Origin: an uncultured Gammaproteobacteria bacterium
GTDB taxonomy: Bacteria > Patescibacteriota > Microgenomatia > UBA12405
Reading direction: 5' to 3'
NCBI GenBank assembly: GCA_964408995.1
Contig: CAYPBP010000004.1
Coordinates: 16,618 to 80,617, forward strand
DNA: 64,000 nt
Part shown: positions 38,926-48,023 of the stretch, piece after piece
Layout of the letters: the number at the start of each line of letters is the position of its first letter
Position numbering within the stretch: position 1 is the first letter of the stretch
Program-made: the position numbers and the translations under genes
Notes under the pieces: model-generated
Database searches by the model: none
What the model saw: the letters and a program-made list of their open reading frames with translations, nothing else
What the model was told of the DNA's origin: nothing

Positions 38926-39435
38926 ATGGTTATCAAAGAAGAAGAAAAATTGTATGACGAGAGATCAGCCGGTGGATTGGTCTATAAAATAGAAAATAAC
39001 AAAGTGTTTTGGCTTTTAATTAAAACTATTTCCAACTTTAAGAGTGATAAAAATAAGAAAAAAGAAACTGATGGAGCGATTTATAAATTCCCCAAAGGTC
39101 ATTTAAAACAAAATGAGTTTTTAAAGGAGGCCGCCCTAAGAGAAGTGGAAGAAGAAGGCCGAGTCAAAGCCAAAGTGGTTCTTAAGTTGGGTTCAAATGA
39201 TTATATTATTTGGGACAGGGAAGAAAGAAAAAAAATCATTAAAAAAGTTACTTTCTTTTTGATGGAATATGCTGGTGAAAGTAATTTGAAATATTATGAT
39301 ACAGAAATGGTTTTGGAAAGAACTTGGTTTAGTTTTGAAGAAGCCAGTAAGGTTTTGGCATATGAAAGTGAAAAACTGCTTTTAAAAAAGGCCAAAGTTC
39401 AATTGGAAAAAATCAAAACCCCTCTGTCTCGATAA
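38926..39435 (+). CDS. NUDIX hydrolase
   Basis: The Nudix box GHLKQNEFLKEAALREVEEEGRV. Confidence 0.8.
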   Translation: MVIKEEEKLYDERSAGGLVYKIENNKVFWLLIKTISNFKSDKNKKKETDGAIYKFPKGHLKQNEFLKEAALREVEEEGRVKAKVVLKLGSNDYIIWDREERKKIIKKVTFFLMEYAGESNLKYYDTEMVLERTWFSFEEASKVLAYESEKLLLKKAKVQLEKIKTPLSR

Positions 39436-39485
39436 ATCGAGACATCTCCCCTTGAGGAAAGGGAGACTTATTTATTTTTAATAAA

Positions 39486-39962
39486 ATGACAAAAGAAAAT
39501 ATTATTGAAGGAGTAGAAAAAGTAAAACTACAAAAAAAAGATCATAGCCAACGAGGTTTAGAATTTGGAAGAGATTTAGATAATGAAGAATTTTTAGGTC
39601 TTTTGGATGGAATAGGTGGTGGTTTAGAACAAAGAACAATAGAAGATAGAGCAAGACGTATATTAACCCTAGATGCTTATGAAGCAACAAAAGCTATAGC
39701 CGAAGAAATTATAGAAAAGACAGACGAACTAGAAAAAGGTGAACAACCAGGAATAGAATATTATGAAAAAGGTTTTGACCTTGGAAGAAAGTCGAGTAGT
39801 CGTAATTTATCATCTTTTTTGGAAGGAATGAGCAATGGATTGGAGATTAAAACATTAAATGATAGGATTAATACTGTAAATAATGAAATTGATGAAAAAA
39901 TTGATCTAAGAGTAATGATTAAAGATTGGGCAGAAAGATTAAAAAATACTCACTATCAGTAA
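39486..39962 (+). CDS. Hypothetical protein (acidic, helical)
   Basis: A good ORF with no recognisable motif. Confidence 0.4.
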   Translation: MTKENIIEGVEKVKLQKKDHSQRGLEFGRDLDNEEFLGLLDGIGGGLEQRTIEDRARRILTLDAYEATKAIAEEIIEKTDELEKGEQPGIEYYEKGFDLGRKSSSRNLSSFLEGMSNGLEIKTLNDRINTVNNEIDEKIDLRVMIKDWAERLKNTHYQ

Positions 39963-39996
39963 AGTTAGATAATAAGATATAATATCCCTACCTATT

Positions 39997-40080
39997 GGAG
40001 GAGTCGGATAGTGGTTCATTCCACAGACCTGGAAAGTCTGCGCTGTAAAAAGCTCGTGAGTTCGAATCTCACCTCCTCCG
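39997..40080 (+). tRNA. tRNA-Ser (anticodon GGA), class II
   Basis: GGAGGAG...CAGAC CTGGAAA GTCTG CGCTGTAAAAAGCTCG TGAGTTCGAATCTCA CCTCCTCC G. A TATAAT box lies 15 nt upstream. Confidence 0.85.
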
Positions 40081-40308
40081 CCGTATTTGAGTTGTTCCGT
40101 ATAGTTACGTGTAATATAGGCGATGCTACTCCTTCGAACTTTTCTTTTTTGTTCCTGTTAGGTTCAAATTTGGTTCCAGACTCACCACCTAACAGTGATG
40201 ATACTAAATATTTTATACTCATATGTTTGGCAGCCTTTAATAATAGACATATGGAAATAATAAAAAGTATTTGCAAATATATTAAAGACAGTATAGTAGA
40301 ATACTATT

Positions 40309-41331
40309 ATGCGTAGAGATAAATTTTCACAATATTTTTTGTTCTTTTGTTTAATAGCTTTTATAATTTTGGTCTTTTTTATTTTTCGTCCATTTTTAAA
40401 CCCATTAATTATGGCTGCTGTTTTTGCTGTTATGTTTGAACCAATTTATTTAAAATTAACAAAATGGACTAAGGGCCATTCTTCAATTTCAGCCCTTTTA
40501 GTCACTATTATTTCGATAATAGTGGTAATAATACCAATATCTTTTTTGGCAAAGACAATTTTAAAAGAAACAACTGACATATATAAAAATTTAAGTGGTC
40601 GCAACGTCGTAGAAATAATAGAAAAGACAATTGTTAATGCTAAAGTAGTTTTTCCTAACTTAGAAACTATTGAATTAGATCTCAACAAATATATTGGTCA
40701 AGGGTTAGAATCATTAGTTCAAAATATTGGAGGAATATTTTCTAGTTTTGCTGCTATTATTCTAAATTTTTTTGTATTTTTGATGGCACTTTATTTCTTT
40801 TTAAGAGATGGGGAGAAATTTGAAAAATATTTTATAAAACTAAGCCCTCTTAATGATCAAGATGATTTGTCCATAATTTCGCGACTTAAATTAGCGATAC
40901 ATGCAACAATAGGTGGAAATCTTGCTATTGGGGTAATTCAGGGAATACTTACAGGTATAGGATTTGTCATATTTGGAGTACCTAACCCGGTTTTATGGGG
41001 TAGTATAGCAGCTATTGCTGCCCTTTTGCCTGGAGTCGGTACTGCTTTGGTTCTTACACCAGCCATAATATATTTATTTATAATTGGTAATATTTATAGT
41101 GGAATTGGGTTAATTATTTGGGGGATGGCTGCTGTCGGTTTGATAGATAATTTTTTAGGTCCAAGTTTGATTGGTTATGGAATGAAATTGCATCCTTTGA
41201 TTGTTTTTATCTCAGTGCTTGGAGGAGTAATTATTTTCGGTCCTCTTGGTTTTATATTTGGACCATTGACTATTAGTGTTTGCCTAGCTTTAGTGGATAT
41301 ATATTTTTCAATAAGAAAGGTTAAATTATAA
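40309..41331 (+). CDS. AI-2E family transporter (PerM/YhhT-like, UPF0118)
   Basis: 340 aa with 8 TM helices and the typical AI-2E N-terminal and C-terminal conserved segments. Confidence 0.7.
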   Translation: MRRDKFSQYFLFFCLIAFIILVFFIFRPFLNPLIMAAVFAVMFEPIYLKLTKWTKGHSSISALLVTIISIIVVIIPISFLAKTILKETTDIYKNLSGRNVVEIIEKTIVNAKVVFPNLETIELDLNKYIGQGLESLVQNIGGIFSSFAAIILNFFVFLMALYFFLRDGEKFEKYFIKLSPLNDQDDLSIISRLKLAIHATIGGNLAIGVIQGILTGIGFVIFGVPNPVLWGSIAAIAALLPGVGTALVLTPAIIYLFIIGNIYSGIGLIIWGMAAVGLIDNFLGPSLIGYGMKLHPLIVFISVLGGVIIFGPLGFIFGPLTISVCLALVDIYFSIRKVKL

Positions 41332-41396
41332 GGATAGAATAGTTTTGGACTCACATGCTCCGTCAAGTTTTACATTCAGAGAAATGAGACTGATTG

Positions 41397-41876
41397 TCAC
41401 CAAAAAAAGATTAATATTAATATGATAAAAACTGTAATAAAAATAATCAATCTTTTTTTATAAGTTAATGTTTTTTTAGTTTCTTCCCAATGAATTTTTT
41501 TGCTTAACCAAAGGACGATAAAATTAAATATTGGAAAAAATAAAAATAGAACACAACTAAGAAATAAAGAAAGTAAAGGAAATAAAATAAAGTCAAAAAT
41601 TGAATTTGAAGAAAGGAATATCTGAATTAATAATAATATTATCGATACTAATAAAGTAAGAAGCCAGCTTGCTTTTTTACTTTTGTTAGAGATAAATTCA
41701 TTGAGGATAAAAGGAACCCTGATTATAAAAAATAACCCAAATAATAATCCGAAGAAACCAAATTCTGAATTTTCATTCCCAGGTTTTGAACTTATATAGC
41801 TAAAAACTATCATAATAAGAAAAAGCCAAAAAATAAGATCAAAAGAAAGAATATATTTAATTATCTTTTTCAACAT
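41397..41876 (-). CDS. Membrane protein paralogous to the N-terminal domain of 61694..62917
   Basis: The first 12 aa are near-identical (MLKKIIKYILSF). It shares blocks (VPFILNEFISNKSKK, PLLSLF, KKTLTY) with the SIMPL-domain protein at 61694. Confidence 0.6.
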   Translation of the reverse strand: MLKKIIKYILSFDLIFWLFLIMIVFSYISSKPGNENSEFGFFGLLFGLFFIIRVPFILNEFISNKSKKASWLLTLLVSIILLLIQIFLSSNSIFDFILFPLLSLFLSCVLFLFFPIFNFIVLWLSKKIHWEETKKTLTYKKRLIIFITVFIILILIFFW

Positions 41877-41895
41877 TAAGCAATAATAGCATTTA
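41842..41895 (-). repeat. IR-L, a 54-bp repeat inverted relative to 61675..61728 (52/54 identical), spanning the start codon
   Basis: Reverse complement taaatgctattattgcttaATGTTGAAAAAGATAATTAAATATATTCTTTCTTT versus plus strand taaatgctattattgcttaATGTTAAAAAAGATAATTAAATATATTTTTTCTTT. Confidence 0.85.
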
Positions 41896-41911
41896 ATCAG
41901 AGCTATATTAT

Positions 41912-43240
41912 TTATTTAACTTTGAATATTTGCTTGTCTTTAATCACAAATTTTGTCTTAAAAAGGCTTAGGATCTCTTGTTTTTCTTCTGAAAAACCAG
42001 TTTTTAGAACGTGAACGATATAATCTTTCATTCTTTCTTTATCTGACTTCTCTTTTATTATTGGATAGTCCATAATTTCAAATTGTTGGGTAAACATCTC
42101 TTGATGAAGAACATCCTCTCTTAATCGGTGATAATGTTCAATTTCCTCTCTTATTTTCTTATTAATAGCATCTTGATCAAACTCTATTTCGTCAATTTTA
42201 GACAATAGTTGATTAATTAAGTCATCTTCAGTGATATAAGGCTGGGTACAGTCATAATTTACTGATCGGCCGCAATGATAATAGACATATCGGTTAACTT
42301 TTCCATTAGTTAAATTCTTGTATTTCTCTTCAGCAGTTATTCCCCCTCCACATTGGCCACATTTAAATAAACCTTTGAAAGGAAAAACTTGTTTATTCCA
42401 GGATCTTGATGGGGCGATTAATTGTATTTGAGTTTTATCAAAAATTTCTTTAGTTATAATTGGTTTATGTTTTCCTTTGTAGAATTTACCTCCAAATTCA
42501 AATTCACCATAATAAAATGGATTTTTTAAGATTCGATAAATTTCTCCAATAGCTACTCTTTTACCAACTTTGGTTTTAAAACCACTTTTGTCTAGCCAAT
42601 ATTTAATCGTTCGTCCACTTTGGCCTTGATTGGCAGCTCTTTCAAATATTTCTTTAACAATTGGAGCTCTTTTTCTGTCAATTTCAATACAAGAAATTCT
42701 ATTTTCAGTTAATTTGTTAATATAACCAATTGGAGCTGATCCTGGCCTCCATCCTGCCTCACATTTAGCTCTAAGGCCTCTTTTAACGTTAATACCTCGA
42801 TTATCATTTTCTAGTTTGGCTTGAGAGCATAAAATCATTAAAAGAAACTTTTCATTTGGATTATTGGAAAATGATTGAGAAAAAGTTCGGATAATTTGTA
42901 GTTTCCTTTGATCCATTAAATCTACTAATGTTCCAAGATCGCCAGCATTTCTACTTAATCGGTCTGGTGCCCAAGTTAAAATGGCATCAAATTCTCCATT
43001 TCGGATATCAATTAAAAGTTTATTGAAGATTGGTCTTAACCCTGATGATTTAGCTGAATGGCTTTCTTGTCTAACTTCTTTAATAAATAATCCATCCCTG
43101 TTGGCTAAATCTTTCATCTCTTTAATTTGAGAATCGATTGACATAGCCTGTCGCTCGTCAGATTCGGTCGATTTTCGAGCATAAAGACAATAGTTTAACC
43201 GCTCATTTTCTTGGATAGTTCCATTTTTTTCATTTTTCAT
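41912..43240 (-). CDS. Large serine recombinase (resolvase/invertase catalytic domain, recombinase domain and Zn ribbon)
   Basis: YCLYARKSTESDERQAMSIDSQ (catalytic Ser motif), DRLSRN, and CGQCGGG...YYHCG as the Zn ribbon. Confidence 0.85.
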   Translation of the reverse strand: MKNEKNGTIQENERLNYCLYARKSTESDERQAMSIDSQIKEMKDLANRDGLFIKEVRQESHSAKSSGLRPIFNKLLIDIRNGEFDAILTWAPDRLSRNAGDLGTLVDLMDQRKLQIIRTFSQSFSNNPNEKFLLMILCSQAKLENDNRGINVKRGLRAKCEAGWRPGSAPIGYINKLTENRISCIEIDRKRAPIVKEIFERAANQGQSGRTIKYWLDKSGFKTKVGKRVAIGEIYRILKNPFYYGEFEFGGKFYKGKHKPIITKEIFDKTQIQLIAPSRSWNKQVFPFKGLFKCGQCGGGITAEEKYKNLTNGKVNRYVYYHCGRSVNYDCTQPYITEDDLINQLLSKIDEIEFDQDAINKKIREEIEHYHRLREDVLHQEMFTQQFEIMDYPIIKEKSDKERMKDYIVHVLKTGFSEEKQEILSLFKTKFVIKDKQIFKVK

Positions 43241-43282
43241 GATGGGACTATACCGCAGTAAAAATACTTATCAACTAGATGA

Positions 43283-44095
43283 TTATTCTTTACCATTTAA
43301 AATGTTTTCATTTGGCATTTTCCCATTATTCAATTTTTTCCAAAAGTCATACAATTTATCTTGTATTTCTTTAGGATTTTCTTCTTCTTTTCCAAAAAAC
43401 ATTGAAACCCATAGAATCGATTGAGACGCGGTGATTAAAGCCATTGAAATATCACCCTCAGCAATGCGTTCAAGTATCTCTTGATCAGATGATCCCTGTG
43501 TCCAAACATCAATAGAAGAAACATGATTTTTTCTATTTCCATGCATATATTCCTTCAATACAATTTGTTTTTGAAAATCTGGCATGTTAGTTTTTTGAGC
43601 AATAAAATCAATCATTCCTTCAATATCTAATCCTGCCCAGTTTTTTCTTCCTTTAGTTTCTTTTGATAATTTTAAATATTTTTCTTCAACTTCATTTCTG
43701 AAATTATCATCGACATGTAATTTGTTAAAATCTAAAAAATCGATATCAGCTTTATCTTCTACAGCAATATAATCTATTAATCTTTTAGAATATTTCGCCT
43801 TACCCTTAAGATTTATATAAACCATAGCAATACTATCTTCAAAGATTCTTCTTGATAAATCTAAAATTGATCCAGAAAAAACAATTAAATTCCCTCTATC
43901 TATTTTTATTTGATCAATCAAAACCAACATTGTTTGCATTGTGAAAAAATCTTTTCTAATAACACCTTCAAGGATCTGACCGAATAATTCTTTACACGTG
44001 TTTTTCTTCGGTATTAAAGGGTATATTATTTCGTATATTTCTTGAAATTTAAGATACAAACTATAGAAATCATTATCTTCAAACTTTTTTTTCAT
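43283..44095 (-). CDS. Hypothetical protein (island cargo)
   Basis: A 270-aa ORF with no recognisable motif. Confidence 0.4.
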   Translation of the reverse strand: MKKKFEDNDFYSLYLKFQEIYEIIYPLIPKKNTCKELFGQILEGVIRKDFFTMQTMLVLIDQIKIDRGNLIVFSGSILDLSRRIFEDSIAMVYINLKGKAKYSKRLIDYIAVEDKADIDFLDFNKLHVDDNFRNEVEEKYLKLSKETKGRKNWAGLDIEGMIDFIAQKTNMPDFQKQIVLKEYMHGNRKNHVSSIDVWTQGSSDQEILERIAEGDISMALITASQSILWVSMFFGKEEENPKEIQDKLYDFWKKLNNGKMPNENILNGKE

Positions 44096-44124
44096 CTCTA
44101 ATTTTATAACAAGAATTAAAAAAA

Positions 44125-44823
44125 TTAAATTTTTGTATCTAAAAGTCGACTAACAATACTTTCTACTTCCTCTTCTGTAATACCAAATTTAGTAGCTGTC
44201 TCTTTGGTTGATTTGGTTTCAGCTTCATAACTATCTGAAACACTTTCATATTTTTTATAAAGACTCATAGAATATTCATAAATTTCTTTTTCTCTGTCTG
44301 TTCCAGACACTTCCTTTTCTTGTGGTCCTAATTCTGGAGTTATTGTAATAGCTTTTCCATTTATTGCCTTTATCGAATCTTTACTTACTTCCCAAGTAAA
44401 AATTTGATCAAGACCTAGTGTTCTAAAAGAATAATCAACATTATATATTCCATCACTATTTAAAGATGCAGACCAACTTCCAGTTTTAGTAGTTGGATCA
44501 GCTTTCATTCCCTTTAATACTAAATTCTCTAAGTAAACAGAAACAGCCATTCCTTTTGTTGATTTATCTATGGTTTTTAAATCATTTTTTATTTCATAAT
44601 TTTTCAACATTGAAATTGCATCACTCTTAGTTAGAGATTCTGCTTTTTTAATTGATTTAGGCGTTGATGCTTGGTTTGCCACTTGTTCTTCTTTATATTG
44701 TTTTCCTTTCTCAAAAGCTTCTTTTGCATCTTTATTGCCAATATTTGAAATAGTTGTTAGTAATAATATAACCAAAAAAGCAGAAACTATTTTATGTCTT
44801 AAAAACCAATTCTTCTTTTTCAT
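44125..44823 (-). CDS. Secreted or membrane-anchored hypothetical protein
   Basis: An N-terminal signal/anchor (MKKKNWFLRHKIVSAFLVILLLTTISNI). Confidence 0.4.
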   Translation of the reverse strand: MKKKNWFLRHKIVSAFLVILLLTTISNIGNKDAKEAFEKGKQYKEEQVANQASTPKSIKKAESLTKSDAISMLKNYEIKNDLKTIDKSTKGMAVSVYLENLVLKGMKADPTTKTGSWSASLNSDGIYNVDYSFRTLGLDQIFTWEVSKDSIKAINGKAITITPELGPQEKEVSGTDREKEIYEYSMSLYKKYESVSDSYEAETKSTKETATKFGITEEEVESIVSRLLDTKI

Positions 44824-44950
44824 ATTTTTTATAAATTGTTAATTCAACATCATACTAACTGTGGCTTAGCACAAAGTCAAGGCTATGTTGTGCCTCTTTG
44901 CTAAGTCTGACTTAGTAGAGTATTGGTTTAACTTTTCATAGTCTTTTGGT

Positions 44951-45166
44951 ATGAGAAGTAATGCCAAATTAACCAAAACTATTTGTAAAAGAATTAAAAA
45001 ATATAGAAGTGACAGAGGTTTAACTCAGGAAGATTTAGCCGAAAAAGTTAGAGTTAGTCGAGTTTATATTGGCTATGTCGAGCAAGGCCGAAATACTCCA
45101 TCTTTGGAAGTTTTAGAAAAAATAGCTAAGTCTTTAAAGGTAGATGTTGGTGACCTTCTGAAATAA
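44951..45166 (+). CDS. XRE-family HTH regulator (candidate island repressor)
   Basis: LTQEDLAEKVRVSRVYIGYVEQGRNTPSLEVLEKIAKSL. Confidence 0.8.
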   Translation: MRSNAKLTKTICKRIKKYRSDRGLTQEDLAEKVRVSRVYIGYVEQGRNTPSLEVLEKIAKSLKVDVGDLLK

Positions 45167-45920
45167 ATATTAATTTCGGAAAGTATTTATAAAGATTTTT
45201 AATTATTTCCCCTCTTATTATTATCCTTTGATTTTCATAAATTACATTTGAAAAAATATTGTCTTGAATGTAATCTAAGTGTTCTTCTATTGTTTCTAAT
45301 ATTCTTTTTTCAAAAAATGTTTTTAAATAACTTTCTATAATAAAACCTTTCATAAATGGATCAACTGGAAAAGCTGACTTAAGGTTTATCTTCCTACAAT
45401 GTTTTCTAATTCCAGATAAGTCATGTAAACATTTAAAAAAATATAAATTTTCTTTTCCAAAGACATTGTCAAATAAATAATTATTAATCAATAAATCTAC
45501 TGTTATTGATAAAAAAAGATCCAACTCAAAATAAAGATAAAAACAAATATCTGAATATGTTGCTATTTTACCTAATACAACTGAATAAATTTTCATTTTA
45601 TGAACTTTTAATTTTGGATTTTTATTTATTTCATATCTATAAATCAATATAGAAATCTCATTGACTAATGCTAAAAATGTTAAATAATGAATTTTTGCCT
45701 CTAAATCTTCCAATTGAATCATTTTTATTAATTCAACCCATTGGTTAGTTTCACATCTATCACTTTCTTCTGTTTCACCAATCATTTCTTTTATTTCATC
45801 CATTCTGAAAATAGGAGCAGAATTATCTACTCTATAATAATTAGAAAAGATAAGGGATATCTTTTCTTTTGGCAAAAATTGTGGTTGTTTTATCTTTTTT
45901 TTAATTGTATTTGGTTTCAT
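45126..45920 (-). CDS. Hypothetical protein
   Basis: A 264-aa ORF. Its 3' end overlaps the XRE gene convergently by 40 nt. Confidence 0.35.
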   Translation of the reverse strand: MKPNTIKKKIKQPQFLPKEKISLIFSNYYRVDNSAPIFRMDEIKEMIGETEESDRCETNQWVELIKMIQLEDLEAKIHYLTFLALVNEISILIYRYEINKNPKLKVHKMKIYSVVLGKIATYSDICFYLYFELDLFLSITVDLLINNYLFDNVFGKENLYFFKCLHDLSGIRKHCRKINLKSAFPVDPFMKGFIIESYLKTFFEKRILETIEEHLDYIQDNIFSNVIYENQRIIIRGEIIKNLYKYFPKLIFISEGHQHLPLKT

Positions 45921-46432
45921 AATTTTTTTTTAAAAGCAGAAAACTTGGATAAAACTTCAATCTTTTTAGCCTCATTTTCATGATCTTTAATCTGACTTGA
46001 ACTATTAATAATTGATCTAAGGATATAAAAGAAAAACCTAGGAATTTTTCCTTTTATTACATTCTTGGATATTAACTGAAGTGCAGTTTCTGGATTTGAA
46101 GAAATAACAGTTTTTATTAGTTCTTGTTTATCTTTTTCAGAAAGATAAACTTTATTATTTGAATAACTAGGGTGATGATTATTAAGCCAATAAATAATTG
46201 CTGTCATATTTTTATCTTTAATAGCAGATATTAACTGTGATTCGGCGATGTCATTAATAAAAAGGTTGCCATATTTAATGGCTTCATCAGTTTTTTGCTT
46301 AAATTCTTTATTATTAGCGCGCCATCTATAATAACTAGCTCGACTGATATTGGTTATTTCACATGTTATCTGAACGATTGGTGTCTTTTTCAATTGTTCA
46401 ATTAATAGTTTTTTATCCTCATCGATTTTCAT
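45917..46432 (-). CDS. Small HTH-containing protein (IS3-OrfA / phage small-terminase-like SRASYYRW motif)
   Basis: ITCEITNISRASYYRWRANNKEF resembles HTH_Tnp/Psq-type motifs. It lies downstream of the ParB-methyltransferase gene, as in phage packaging modules. Confidence 0.35.
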   Translation of the reverse strand: MKIDEDKKLLIEQLKKTPIVQITCEITNISRASYYRWRANNKEFKQKTDEAIKYGNLFINDIAESQLISAIKDKNMTAIIYWLNNHHPSYSNNKVYLSEKDKQELIKTVISSNPETALQLISKNVIKGKIPRFFFYILRSIINSSSQIKDHENEAKKIEVLSKFSAFKKKL

Positions 46433-47742
46433 ATTTCTTTAGTTTTTGAAAATGATTGATAATTATTGACATATACAACATCATTATTAGTTATTTTTTT
46501 ATATCGAGAAATTATGAGATCACAAAATATTGGTTCAACTTCAGCCATCAGACATTTTCGTTTTAATTGTTCACAGCTACACATAGTTGAACCTGAGCCG
46601 GCAAATAAATCTAAAACTGTGTCTCCAACTCTAGTGCATCTTCTTATGGCTTTTTCGTGGAGAGTAGGACTCTTTTCAGTTGGATGAGTATATTCATTTC
46701 CAGGCAATCTTTTTATTAACCAAATATTTAATAAATCAAGAATATTGTCGATTGTTTGATTACCTGAGCCAATTTCTTTATTCATAATTTCGTTTAGATT
46801 CTTGGGATTTTCAGAAATTGGTGCTTTACCAATTGTTCCATAGACACACGCCTCGTAACTTTTATTAAAGGCAGTATTTGGTGTGGGTGAAAATCCGTTT
46901 TTTATCCATAAGCATACCCGTTTATTTTTTATTCCAATTTCCTTATACAAATCTTGAATTAAACCGATATTACACTCATCACTCCAAAAAAATATATGAC
47001 AATCTAATTTAGAAATAACTAATGCATTTTCAATTGTTTTTTTTAAAAAACTTCTATATTCTTTATCTGTTTTATTATCATTAGTCTTTCCTCCATATGT
47101 TCCCTTACCTCCAATCCCCTTATTATAATCAAGTGAAATGTTAAACGGAGGATCACAATAAACCATAGATACCTCTTTATTTGATGTCAGTTGATTAACA
47201 ACTGACAAGTCGGTACTATCACCACAAATCAACAGATGAGGACCAAGTTGAACAATATCGCCTAATTTAGTTCTTGGTTCCTTAATCTTTTCAATCTCTC
47301 TCTGCGTATCAAAATTATCATCTTCTGTGTCTAAATTTTTGTCCCAAATTTTTGATAAATCGCTATTATCAAAACCAATATTCATCAGCATTTCAACGTC
47401 GAAATTTTTTAATAAATCAAAATTCCACGTGCCAGTATTACGATTTAACCTAAGGTTCAACTCTTTTTCTCTTTCAATGTCTGGAATATTTATATAAATA
47501 ACTGGTATTTCCTTATACCCAAGCTGTTTAGCTATTTCTAGACGAAAATTTCCACCAATTACAATTCCTTGGCGATTCTCAGCAGAATTCACCAAAATTG
47601 GATCAACTATTCCAAAACGTTCAATACTCTCCTTGAGATTGTCTGATTGTTCCTTGCTCCAATGTCTTGGATTGTATTCGGGATTTTTTAAATTATTAAT
47701 ACGAACATTCTCTATCTTTATTTTCTCGTTTTTATCAGTCAT
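46429..47742 (-). CDS. ParB-like nuclease domain fused to an N6-adenine/N4-cytosine DNA methyltransferase (phage-type ParB-MTase)
   Basis: The N-terminus carries ParB motifs (GIVDPILV...VIGGNFRLEIAKQLG). The methyltransferase has motif IV DPPF (VYCDPPFNI) and a C-terminal motif I FAGSGST, the beta-class order. Confidence 0.8.
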   Translation of the reverse strand: MTDKNEKIKIENVRINNLKNPEYNPRHWSKEQSDNLKESIERFGIVDPILVNSAENRQGIVIGGNFRLEIAKQLGYKEIPVIYINIPDIEREKELNLRLNRNTGTWNFDLLKNFDVEMLMNIGFDNSDLSKIWDKNLDTEDDNFDTQREIEKIKEPRTKLGDIVQLGPHLLICGDSTDLSVVNQLTSNKEVSMVYCDPPFNISLDYNKGIGGKGTYGGKTNDNKTDKEYRSFLKKTIENALVISKLDCHIFFWSDECNIGLIQDLYKEIGIKNKRVCLWIKNGFSPTPNTAFNKSYEACVYGTIGKAPISENPKNLNEIMNKEIGSGNQTIDNILDLLNIWLIKRLPGNEYTHPTEKSPTLHEKAIRRCTRVGDTVLDLFAGSGSTMCSCEQLKRKCLMAEVEPIFCDLIISRYKKITNNDVVYVNNYQSFSKTKEI

Positions 47743-47796
47743 TGCGACCTCCTAATTCAATAAATAAAGCTCAGAGCCTTTCTAGTATCTCTGACT

Positions 47797-47882
47797 TATC
47801 TATCTCATTAGGTATTGCTAGAAACCTACATAAAAACATGGAATTATCTATCTATTATCTTTTGAAATTTCTTATCTATCTC
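47797..47882. promoter_or_regulatory. Three direct repeats of (C/A)TTATCTATCT in the divergent promoter region between the ParB-methyltransferase gene and the endonuclease gene
   Basis: Copies at 47797-47808, 47844-47855 and 47871-47882, read directly from the sequence. Confidence 0.45.
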
Positions 47883-48023
47883 TTATTCTTATCAATCTAT
47901 TTATTGTCGAACTAAACAATTGTACAACTTCTTAAGAAGAAAAGCTAATATGTAAAATCATCAAATTATTTTTTCAAATTAAATTTTGATTAGCAGTTTT
48001 AAAATCTTGATGGCGGTATAATT

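Noticed and set aside
40011-40316. ORFs 40011-40316 (+) and 40016-40276 (-) overlapping tRNA-Ser(GGA)
   Set aside because: They overlap a confidently folded tRNA and its downstream AT-rich promoter region, so they are spurious.
41896-41911. Classical tRNA-targeted tyrosine-integrase island with direct-repeat att sites
   Set aside because: The recombinase is a serine recombinase and the flanking repeats are inverted, not direct. The nearest tRNA is 1.8 kb away, with an intact AI-2E transporter gene in between.
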